Shown one piece after another: positions 49,818 through 60,889 of a stretch of DNA of 64,000 nucleotides. Made by a program: the position numbers and the translations under genes. Source of the stretch: Chiloscyllium plagiosum (Eukaryota); the NCBI RefSeq assembly GCF_004010195.1, contig NC_057755.1, positions 11,996,438 to 12,060,437 of the forward strand, read 5' to 3'. Positions within the stretch are counted from its first letter, which is position 1. Each line of letters opens with the position of its first letter. The notes below the pieces were generated by a model. The model ran no database searches, was not told the origin of the DNA, and saw nothing but the letters and a program-made list of their open reading frames with translations.

Positions 49818-50665
49818 ATCAGTGAGCCTCCGGTGAAGCACTGGTGTTAGTGACACGCTTTCTATTTGTGTTTACGTTTTCTTGGTTGGTGATGTCATTT
49901 CCTATGGTGTTGTAATTTCCTGTTCTTTTTCTCAGAGGAGGTTAGATCGGATTCAAATCGATGTGTTTGTTGCTAGCGTTCCCGTTGTCACTTTCAATAA
50001 CACAACCTATAGACAAACCAATGAAACGCTCATGGGACCTCCGATATCAGGGTTCTTAGCAGAGGCAGTAATGCAGAGACTCGAACAAACAACTCTGCCA
50101 ACCATTCAACCCTAACTTAGGGTCCACTACATGGCTGACACCTTCGTCATCACTAAACTAAACAATTATAATGAAGCCTTTAAGACCATCAATATCCTTA
50201 CTGGCATAAAATTCACAAGATGAAAACCACAACAAACTGCCATTCCTGAATGTCACAGGAGAGCGAACAGCCAGCGTCTGCAGGAAAACAACACATACGA
50301 AACTGCAGAAGCAATCATCCTAACACCCTCAAACAAAGCTGCATTAGAGCATTATTTCAGTGAGTCACCAGACACTGCAGCACAGAGGAACTACGAAGAG
50401 CAGAGGAAACCCACCTATACAGCGATTTCAAAAAGAACAGGTACCCAATGAACACAGTCTGCCCACTTCTCAGCAACAAACCCAAACAAACAGATAAAAC
50501 TTGTCCAGAAACCCTAGTCAGTCTCCCCTACTTCAAAGACATCTTGGAAATGACTGCCAGACTACACAGACCACTTGGCATCATGGTAGGCCACAAACCC
50601 ACCAACACATTAAAACAGTAGCTAATGAACTTGAAAGACTCTATACAGACAGCAAGCAAAACCAA
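49818..50665 (+). mobile_element. Penelope-like element (second family): inverted pLTR (47712-47780 plus 49818-~49975) followed by a plus-strand RT fragment
   Basis: FNNTTYRQ...MGPPISGFLAEAVMQRLE motif; the inverted part matches the reverse complement of ~22230-22460. Confidence 0.8.
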
Positions 50666-51970
50666 GGGGAATGTAGCAGAAACAGACAAGTTTCTGGAAT
50701 CAAGAATGATTCTAATGTAGTGAGAGTTCTAAGTGATTGATTGTGATAGGGGACTGTATAGTCAGAGGCACAGACACATGTGTCTGTGGCTGGCAGCGAG
50801 AAATCAGAATGGTTGTTGCCTCCCTGGTGCCAGGATCAAGGATATCTTGGAGAGGATGCAGAATGTTCTCAAAGGGGAGAGGGACCAGCAGGAGGTCATT
50901 GTACACATTGGAACTAACGACAGGGGAAGGGAAACAGATGAGACTCTGAAGGAAGAATATAGAAAGTTAGACAGGAATTTAAAAAGGAGGTTCTGCAGGG
51001 TAGTAATATCTGGATTGCTCCTGGTGCTATGAGCTAGTGTGGGTAGGAATAGGAGGATAGAGCAGATGAATGCGTGGAAGAGGAGCTAGTGCAGGGGAGG
51101 AGGATACACATTTTTGGATGACTTCTGGGATAGAAGTGACCCGTACAAGAAGGACGGATAGCATCTGAATTGGAAGGGGACTAATATTGGACAGGGAGAT
51201 TTGCTGCAGCTGTTTGAGAGGATTTAAACTAGTAAGGTAGTGGTGGTGGAATAAATCCAGAGAAGTTATTTATGTGCAACTGAGAAATAAGAACAGGAAG
51301 ATTACCTTATTGGAATTGTATTATGGACCCCTCAATAGTCAGCAGAAAATTGAGAAGCAAATTTGTAAGGAGATGTCAATTATTTGTAAGAATAATAGGG
51401 TGGTTATGGTAGGGGAATTAAAACTTTCCATACATACACTGGGACTTCCATAGTGTTAAGAGTTTAGATGGTGAGGAATTTGTAAGTGTGTACATGAAAA
51501 TTTCTGAATCAATATGTGGATGTACCTCCTAGAGAAGGTGCAAGACTTGACCTACTCTTATGAAATAAGGCAGGGCGGGTGACTGAGGTGTCAGTGGGAG
51601 AGCACTTTGGGGCCAGCGACCATAATTCTATTAGTTTTAAAATAGTGATTGAAAAAGATAGACTGGATCTAAAAGTTAAGGTTCTAAATTGGAGGACGGC
51701 CAATTTTAATGGTATTAGACAAGAACTTTCAAAAGTTGATTGGGGCAGATATTTACAGAGAAAGGGATGGCTTTATCTTGAAGGTAAAGGTAAATGGGAA
51801 GCCTTCAAAAATGAGATGACAAGAGTCCAGAGACAGTATGTTTCTGTTAGGGTGAAAGGCAAGGCTGGTAGGTGCAGAGAATGTTGAATGACTAGAGAAA
51901 TTGAGGTTTTTGTTAACAAAAAGGAAGCATATGTCAGGTATAGATAGCAGAGATTGAGTGAATCCTCAGA

Positions 51971-54858
51971 AGGTTACTAAAAGGAAGAGCAGGCATGGAG
52001 CAGATGAGCGCAAAAGAACTGGTGGCCTGAAATGCATCTACTTTAATGCAAGGAGTATAGTGTGTAAGGCAGATGAACTTAGGGCTTGCATTGGTGCCTG
52101 GGAGTATGACGTTATTGCAATCACAGTGACTTGGTTAAAGGAAAGGCATGATGATTGGCAACTAAATGTTTCAGGATATAGATGCTTCAGACAGGACAGG
52201 GAGGGAAGTAAAGGGGGGGTGGAATTGCATTGCTGGTCAGAGACGATATCACGGCTGTGCTAAAGGAGGACACTATGGAGGTCTTGGGCAGTGAGGCATT
52301 ATGGGTGGAGCTGAGAAATAAGAAGGGTGCAATTCATTGTTGGGGCTGTATTACAGGACTCCCAACAGTGAACTTGAGGTAGAAGAACAAATAGGTAAAC
52401 AGATTATGGAAAGATGTAGAGGCAATAGGGTAGTGGTGATGGGAGATTTTAATTTTCCCAACATTGACTGGAATACACTTAGCGTCAGAGGTCTGGATGG
52501 AGTAGAATTTGTAAGAAGTGTCCAGGAGAGTTTTCTAGAGCAGTATGTCAGTAGTCCGACAAGAGAAGGGGCCATATTGGACCTGGTACTGGGTAACAAG
52601 CCAGGACAGGTGGTAGAAGTTGTGTGGGGTATTTCTTTGGGAACAGTGACCACAATTCTGTAAGTTTTAGAATACTTGTAGACAAAGATGAGAGTGGTCC
52701 TAAGGGAAGAGTACTAAACTGGGCCAAGGCCAATTATATCAAAATTAGGCAGGAGCTGGGACATGTGGATTGGACACAGCTATTTGAAGAGAGGTCTACA
52801 TTTGATATGTGGGAGGCTTTCAAAGATAGGTTAGAGATATTGCAGGATAGACATGTCCCGTTAAAGGCAAAGGATAGGAAGGACAAGATTCGTGGATGAC
52901 AGGAGAAATTGTACGACTAGCCAAGAGGAAAAGGGAAGTGTACATAAGGTCTACACAGCTAAGAACAGAACAGGCCCTGGAGGAATATCGGAAGGGTAGG
53001 ACAAGTCAAGCGGGCTAAAAGGGGTCATGAAATAGTTTTAGTGAGCAGAATTAAGGAGAATTCCAAAGCATTTTATTCTTATATAAGAAGCAAGTGGGTA
53101 ACTAGAGAAAGGATTGGTCCACTAAAGGATATTGAAGGAAGGCTGTGTGTCGCACCTGAGAGAATGGGTAAGGTTCTGAATGATTACTTTGCACCAGTGT
53201 TCAATGAGGAGAGGGACATGATGAGTCTTGAGATCAGAGATAGAAGTTTGATTAGTCTGGATCACGTCGACATAAGTAGGGAAGATGTGTTGGGTAGGCT
53301 AAAAGTTATCAAGGTGAACAAATTCCCAGGACCGGATGGGATCTATCCCAGGTTGCTGAGGGAGGCAAGAGAGGAAATAGCTGGGGCCCTGACAGATATC
53401 TTTGTGGCATCCTTAAATACAGGTGAGGTGTCGGAGGACTGGAAGGTTGTTCATGTTGTCCCCCTGTACAAGAGGGGTAGGAGAGATATTCCGGGTAACT
53501 ACAGACCTGACATCGGTGGTGGGAAAGTTGCTGGAAAGGGTACTGAGGGATAGGATCTATTTATATTTAGAAAAGAATGGGCTTATCAGTGATAGACCAA
53601 ATATTTTGTGTGGGGGAGAGCATGCCTTACTAATTTAATAGAGTTCTTTGAGGAAGTGACCAAGTTGGTAGATGAAGGCAGGGCTGTTGATGTCATATAT
53701 ACGGATTTTAGTAAGGCGTCTGATAAGGTTCCCCATGGTAGACTAATAGACTAATGAAGTCACATGGTGTGCAGGTGTTCTAGCTCGGTGGATAAAGAAT
53801 TGGTTGAGCAACAGGAGACAGAGAGTAGTAGTTGAAGGGAGTTTCTCAAAATGGAGAAAGGTGACCAGTGGTGTTACACAGGGGTCAGTGTTGGGGCCAC
53901 TGTTGTTTGTAATATACATAAATGATCTGGAAGAGGGCACAGTTGGTATGATCAGCAAGTTTGCAGATGACATGAAGATTGGTGAAGTAGCCAAAAGCAT
54001 AAGGGACTATTAGAGAATACAGGAGGATATAGGTAGACTGGAGAGTTGGGCGAAAAAGTGGCAGATGGATTTCAATCCAAACAAATGTAAGGTGATGCAT
54101 TTAGGCAAGACCAATTCTAAAGCGAATTATACAATGAACGGAAGAGCCTTGGGAAAAGTTGATGAGCTGAGAGATCTGGGAGTGCAGGTCCATTGTACCC
54201 CGAAGGTTGCTGCACAGGTGGATAGAGTGGTCAAGAAGGCATATAGAATGCTTGCCTTCATTGGAGGGGGTATTGAGTATAAGAGCTGGCAAGTCATGTT
54301 GACATTGTACAAGACATTGGTTCGGCCGCATTCAGAATACTGTGTACAGTTCTGATCGCCACATTACCAAAAGGATGTGGACGCTTTGGAGAGGGTGCAA
54401 AGAAGGTTTACGAGGATGTTGCCTGGTATGGAAGGTGCTAGCTGTGAAGAGAGGTTGAGTAGGTTAGGTTTGTTTTCATTAGAAAAAAGGATATTGAGGG
54501 GGGACCTGATTGAGGTTTACAAAATCGTGAAGCCTATAGACAGGGTGAATAGAGACAAGCTTTTTCCCAGGATGAAGGATTCAATAACGAGAGGTCACTC
54601 TTTCAAGATGAGAGGTGGAATACTTAAGGGGGATACATGCGGCAAGTACATCACACAGAGAGTGGTGCCAGCAGAGGTGGTAGAGGCAGGTACGATAGTT
54701 TCAGTTAAGATGCGTCTGGACAGATGCATGAGTAGGTGGGGAGCAGAGGGATACAGATACTTCGGAATTGGGCGACAGGTTTAGACAGTGGATTTGGATT
54801 GGCTCAGGCTTGGAGGGCCGAAGGGCCTGTTCCTGGGCTGTAAAGTTTCTTTGTTCTA
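51971..54858 (+). mobile_element. Second CR1-like LINE (complete ORF2 span) nested within the outer CR1
   Basis: Runs from LKCIYFNARSI through RT to a 3' tail (tttctttgttct). The outer element breaks at gaatcctcagaa and resumes at tataaaggtagtagaagtatac, which are contiguous in the homologous copy at 26828-26866. Confidence 0.88.
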
Positions 54859-56543
54859 AGTCTATAAAGGTAGTAGAAGTATACTTAAGAGGGGATTGAT
54901 GAGGTCAGAACAATGGACATGATCCATATGGACTTCACTAAAGCATTCAACAAGATAGACTGTTTGCAAGCTTAGATCTCGTGGCGTACAGGGAGAACTA
55001 TCCATTTGCATACAGAACTAGTTCCAAGATAGAAGACAGCTGTGGTAGAGGGTTGCCTTTCAGATTGGAGGCCTGTGACCATTGGTGTGACACAAGGATC
55101 GGTGCTGGGTCCACTGCTTTTCATCATTTATATAAATGATTTGGATGTGAACATAGAAGGTATAATTAGTACGTTTGCAGATGACACCAACTTTGGAGGT
55201 GGAGTGGACAACAAAGAAGGTTACTTCAGAGTGCAATGGGATCTTGATCAGATGGGCCAATGGGCTAAGGACTGGCTTATGTGGTTTAATTTAGATAAAT
55301 GTGAGGTGCTACATTTTGGAAAGGCAAATCAGAAGAGGACTTAGACATTTATTGGTAAGGTCCTGGGGAGTGTTGCTGAACAAAGAGACCTTGGAGTGCA
55401 GTTCCTTGCGAATGGAGTCTCAGGCAGGTAGGATAGTGAAGAAGGCGTGTGGTATGCTTTCCTTTATTGGTCAGAGCATTGAGTATAGGAGTTAGGAGGT
55501 CATGTTCTAGCTGTATAGGACATTGGTTAGGCCACTTTTCTGAGCAGTTCTGGTCTCCCTCCTCCTGGAAAGATGTTGTGAAACTTGAAAGGGTTAAGAA
55601 AAGCCTTACAAGGATGTTGCCAGGATTGGAGGGCTTGAGCTATAAGGAGAGGCTGAATAGGCTAGAGCTGTTTTCCCTGGACTGTCTGAGGCTGAGGGAT
55701 GACCTTATGGAGGTTTATAGAATCATGAAGGGCATGAATAGGTTAAATAGACACAGTCTTTTCCCTGGGGTGGGGGAGTCCAGAGCTAGACGGCATAAGT
55801 TCAGGGTGAAGAGGAGAAAGATGTAAAAGGGACCTCATGGGCAACTTTTTCATGCAGAGGGTGGTACATGTATGGAATGAGCTGCCAGAGGAAGTGGTGG
55901 AGGCTGGTACAATTACAACTTTTAAAAGACATCTAGATTGGTAGATGAATAGGAAGGGTTTACAGGGGTATGGGCCAAGTGCTGGCAAATGGGACTAGAT
56001 TAGGTTAGGCTATCTGGTCAGCATGGATGAGCTGGACCGAAGGGTCTGTTACCATGTTTAAAACAGCAGGGGGTTGGAATATGGGAGCAGGGAAGTCTTG
56101 CTGAAACTTCATAGAGCATTGTTTAGGCCACAGATAGAATACTTTGTACAGTTCTAGTCACCACACTGTCAAAGGATCGCAATTGTACCAGAGAGGCTAC
56201 TGAGGAGATTAATTAGGATATTTCCTGAAAGTCTGAGTTATAAGGAAAGACTGGATAAGCCAGGTTTGTTTTCCTTGGAGCAGAGGAGGCTGAGGTGGCT
56301 CTATGACCATGACATTGAGGCCCACCACCATGTTGCTCTTCTGTACGCTCCAGTCTCCCATTGCTGATGTTTCTAGGTTGCATCAGGTCAGGCTGTAGTT
56401 GAGAGAGTATCAGGCCTGCTCCTTTGAACAAAAATAAACTATATCTGGGAAATGGTGCCACAAATCCTAGTTGTTGTCAACGTGACCATTCTCACATTGT
56501 CAGTCCCTTGACAGAGATCAGCTGACTCAGCACACATCTGAGT

Positions 56544-56878
56544 AGGTAAAAACAATGACTGCAGATGCTGGAAACCAGAGTCTAGATTAGTTCCAAACTT
56601 CCAGCTCAGCACTGTCCCCATGACTTGTCCTACCTGCCTGTCTTCTTTTCCACCTATCCACTCCACCCTCCCCTGACCTATCACCTTCGTCCCCTCCCCA
56701 CTCACCTATTGTACTCTATGCTACTTTCTCCCCACCCCCACCCTCCTCTCACTTATCTCTCCACCCTTCAGGCTCTCTGCCTGTGTTCCTGCTGAAGGGC
56801 TTTTGTCCGAAACGTCGATTTTACTGCTCGTCGGATGCTGTCTGAACTGCTGTGCTTTTCCAACACCACTCTAATCTA
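56544..56878 (+). mobile_element. Solo Penelope pLTR with a short inverted 5' piece
   Basis: 20-bp flanking duplication gactcagcacacatctgagt (56524-56543, 56879-56898); hammerhead-like ctgctga-agggcttttgtcc-gaaacgtc at ~56789-56817. Confidence 0.82.
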
Positions 56879-57214
56879 GACTCAGCACACATCTGAGTTA
56901 AATCCTATTGGGAATGGAGTTCCAGGATTTTGACCCAGTGACAGTGAAGGATTGAGAGGTTTGGAGGGGAACTTGCAAGTGGGGATATTCCCATGTATCT
57001 GCTAATCTTGATTTTCTAGCCGGAATGATCATGCTATCTCAGGAGATTTGATGAAACTTTGTAGTGCATCTTACGGATAGGTCTGTCAGCTATTATGGAG
57101 CATCAGTAGTGGAGGGAGTGGATATCTGTGGATTGTGGCACCAATCAAGGGGTTGCTTTGTCCTGGATGGTGTCAAGCAAACTTCTTATTGTAGCCTGTC
57201 ATCTTTCTCCATAG

Positions 57215-58093
57215 GATGATGTTGGCGAAATGGATTGGGATCGTCAGGAAGAGTTGAAAATCCGATTGAAGAAGGAAGAGGAGGAGAAGGAGCAGGGGAG
57301 GAAGAGCGCTGTGATGTTTGGATCCAGTGAAACGTTTGATCTGATCCAGTCTATTGAGGAGAAAGTGAGCTGCGTTTACCCTGTAGACTTCAGCAAAGCA
57401 CGAGATGTGTTCTTGGTTGGGCAAAACTACGTGCAGGAGGCCAAAGAATTCTTTCAGCTGGATGACCATGTAACAGACCATATTGAGGTGGTTCAGGACC
57501 ACAGTGCATTATTTAAGGTCCTGGCATTTTTTGAAGAAGACCAAGAAAGGCGTTGTAAGATGCACAAACGGCGCATTGACATGCTGGAAGCAGTCTATAC
57601 AGAGTTAAATCCACAGTATTACCTCTTGGTCTGCCGGCAGCTTCAATTTGAGATAGCAGACACATACTATGAAATGATGGAGCTGAAAGTCTCTATTGCC
57701 AATCGGCTGGATGAATTAGATAGTCACAACATCAAGAAAATAAACCACCTCGCGCAGTCAGCCATTATGTACTACACCCTCTTCTTAGACTCACTGAAGA
57801 ATTCAGAGAAGAAATTTCCAGAGAGGCTGGAAGCTGATGTCTTGCGACCAGCACTAGTTTGCAAGTTTCGCATTGGTTGGTTGTACAGTAAAATGATCAC
57901 TTCAGACCCAAAGCTACAGCTCACCAACCTGCAGCAGTCGGTGGAGTGTTACCGCTTTGTGGTGGATTACTGCGAGATACAGCCTGAGGCCGCCAAGGTG
58001 ATGGAACCTGAGCTGGAGCTCTGTGTTGAGATGGCCACCCTCTTGCCAGCAAGGATGGAGAAATTAAAGGCTAAAATAGCCGCTTTTTCTTAA
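57215..58093 (+). CDS. KIFBP: KIFBP terminal coding exon 7
   Basis: Acceptor tctttctccatag|GAT; translates DDVGEMDW...DHIEVVQDHSALFKVLAFFEEDQERRCKMHKRRIDMLE...LNPQYYLLVCRQLQFEIA...KIAAFS*, the KBP C-terminal helical region. The frame is open to TAA. Confidence 0.97.
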   Translation, partial: DDVGEMDWDRQEELKIRLKKEEEEKEQGRKSAVMFGSSETFDLIQSIEEKVSCVYPVDFSKARDVFLVGQNYVQEAKEFFQLDDHVTDHIEVVQDHSALFKVLAFFEEDQERRCKMHKRRIDMLEAVYTELNPQYYLLVCRQLQFEIADTYYEMMELKVSIANRLDELDSHNIKKINHLAQSAIMYYTLFLDSLKNSEKKFPERLEADVLRPALVCKFRIGWLYSKMITSDPKLQLTNLQQSVECYRFVVDYCEIQPEAAKVMEPELELCVEMATLLPARMEKLKAKIAAFS

Positions 58094-58163
58094 GAACAGT
58101 ACTGGAGAATCTACTCTGAGACCTGCTTCATTTCCCTCGCTCAGTGGCTGTACTTCCCTGTGT

Positions 58164-58169
58164 AATAAA
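58164..58169 (+). terminator. Probable KIFBP polyadenylation signal
   Basis: AATAAA ~70 nt after the stop codon, followed ~25 nt later by a GT/T-rich tract (gtgtctttgtgttttgtct). Confidence 0.7.
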
Positions 58170-60571
58170 CATACCTAACATGCTCAGTTCAGTGTCTTTG
58201 TGTTTTGTCTCCAACTGTGTTTATATTTTATTCATTCACTATTGAATGTGTGCCTGGCAAGTCCAGCATTATTGACCACTCCTGACTGCCCCGTAGGAGA
58301 TGGTAATGAGCTGCCTTCTTGAACCATTGCAGTCTATCTGGTGCTGTTATGAAGGGAATGTCAGGATTTTGACGAAGAGATAGTGAAAGAACAGTAATTA
58401 TATTCCAAGGTAGGAAGGTGTGAGAGTTGAAAGGGAACATGAAGATACCTACATGCCTCCCATGTGCCTGCTGCCCTTGTGCCTCTAGATGGTAGAGGTC
58501 ATGGTTCAATTTCTGGTCAGTGGTGACCCCTAAGATGTTGGAGTATTTTATTATCTGAGGGGTTGCTAATGGATGGTGAACATTATGCAATTATCAGTAA
58601 ACATCCATAATTCTGACTTTATGATGAAGGAAAGATGGAGCAGCTGAATGTGATTTGACCTATGGCGCTATTGTGAGGAACTGTTGTATTGTCCGTTATG
58701 GACTTTGCATGTAAATGTCTAATTGGCAACATGGGTGTTTTCTTGGCGGCGGTTAATAGTTAAACCAGGGAAAATATATCCTGAGGTCTGGAACGAAGGC
58801 TAATTGGCTTTCCAACAGGTTTATGGCTATGCAGCAAGACTGCATCTGCTGGTTTTGGAACAGCTTGGCTTTGTAAAGCATGCCTTTTGGCATATAGTTT
58901 CACCTGATTTTTATGTAAGCCTGGTGCTGCTTTTGGCATGCCCTGTTGCATACTTTATTCAACAGATCCCCCAGCCTAATGGTCATGATAAAGCGTGGGA
59001 TATTCAGGCCATTAGGTTACAGATTTAATACAATTCAGGAGCAGATAGCCACATTGTTTACCCCCTCATCGCCCCCTCTAAGATTAGACTAGATTCCCTA
59101 CAGAGTTGAAACAGGCCATTTCACCCACAATCTACACCGCCCTTCTGTTGGACTTAAGATGAGATAGTGTACAAAGGCCCCTTTAATTTATAGGTTACTG
59201 TTGAGAGCAATTTCACGTGAGAACTGTGGCCCTGGGTCTTTACACCTCCAAGGAGAGAAGAGGATAGAGCAGAAGGAAGTGAAACAAGTAAAGATTACTT
59301 GAATTTTGTCATTAAGACTGAGTCACACTGAGAAATCGTTCAACTGAGGAAATTGTGGCTTATCTTGCAGTGTAAAAGTTGAGAGAAGCTCTCTGCAATA
59401 TCCTGCTTTTTACATGGTTTTCAATTTGCTTTGAGTTCCCAAACAATTTGTCATCACTTAAGCAAGATCAGTGTATTTATTGTGCCATTCCCCTGGAGTG
59501 GGCTTTCCCCTCCCCAGTCCATCACAGGCAATGGAGTCAGGAACTAGAACTCGATCTCTGTACTTTCCAGCTTGGATAATCCAGGGCGACAATGCTTTTA
59601 GCAAAGGCTTTGTTTCTCTAGGGACAGAAGAGGTTGTAAGTCAGAGGAAAGCGTTTGGAAATGAGGAGGGTCAAAGGGTTGGTTAGAGAGGGGAATAGGT
59701 TGAGGGCCCAGTGGGAAGTATAAAGCGGGACCAGTTGGATACGTTAGAGAGAGTAGCTACACTTTGTTCAAATGCAAATAAATAAGTTGCTACAGTGCAT
59801 TTGTTAAGCCATCCCAACTAGTACAGAATAGTATTTACTTGTTCAGCCATTTGTTGAGGTAATGGCTGATCTTAATCATCACCATCTAACAGCCACTAAC
59901 AAATATTAAAAACATTTTTCTTAACAAACGACCATTGTTCTCAAATGGGAAGTTTCGATTGGCCAAGCAGTCTTAAGAATTTTTCAGGAGAGCTCCAGAT
60001 GTTTTTGTTCTTTCATGGACATGGGTGATGCTGGCTGGATCATCATTTATTATCCATCCCTGTTGTTCCAAAAGATGGTGGTGAGCTGCTTCTTGAACAA
60101 CTGAAATCCATGTACTGTAAGTAGACCCACATGGATTTCCATGTTTTGGACTCAATGGCAGTGAAAGAACAGTGATATAAGTCAAGGTGGTGAATGCTTG
60201 GGGGGGAACTTTCAGATAGAGGTGTTCCCCTGTTCTGTCTCCCTTGTCCTTCTGGGTGAAAGTGGTCATGGGTTTGAAAGATGCTGTCTAAAGAAATTTT
60301 GGCAAATTTCATCAGTGCATCTTGTAGATAATACATACTGCTATTATTGAATGTCGGCAGTGGAGGGAATGGATGATTCTAGTGATGCAAATCAGTCAGG
60401 CTGCTATTTCCTGGATGGTGTCAAGAATCTTCAGTGTTGTTGGAGCTGCACCCATCCAGGAAAGTGGCTGGTGTTCCATTACACACCTGACTTTTTTCTT
60501 GGAGATGGTGATCAGGCTTTTGGGAGTCAGGAGATGAGTTACACACTGCTGGTATTCCTCACCTCTAATGT

Positions 60572-60875
60572 AGATTAGATTACCTACAGTGTGGAAATAG
60601 GCCCTTCGGCCCAACAAGTCCACACCGACCCTCCGAAGAGAAACCCACCCCCCTATATTTACCCCAACAAATCCACCTAACACTATGGGCAATTTAGCAT
60701 GGCCAATCCACCTAACCTGCACATCTTTGGACTGTGGGAGGAAACCGGAGCACCCAGAGGAAACCCGCGCAGACATTGGGAGAATGTGCAAACTCCACAC
60801 AGACAGTTGCCGAGGCGGGAATTGAACCCGGATCCTTGGCACTGTGAGGCAGCAGTGCTAACCACTGAGCCACAG
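60572..60875 (-). mobile_element. HE1-type SINE
   Basis: Near-identical to 22472-22795. Confidence 0.9.
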
Positions 60876-60889
60876 TAGACCAGGGACAA

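Larger units (their letters stand above)
46950..56060 (+). mobile_element. Near full-span CR1-like LINE (5' UTR, ORF1 zinc finger/esterase, endonuclease, RT, 3' UTR) expanded by nested insertions
   Basis: SSCRMWE...DYVCRKC at ~47550, IVIGDCIVRG at 50737, GEHFGASDHNSI at ~51600, RT motifs at 55042-55826 and 3' UTR to ~56060. Confidence 0.75.

Noticed and set aside
48822..49856. Long ORFs of 175-288 aa
   Set aside because: Their length comes from reading through the N gap.
51971..54858. Active autonomous LINE
   Set aside because: ORF2 is broken into many pieces by stops and frameshifts; no intact retroelement ORF exists in the window.
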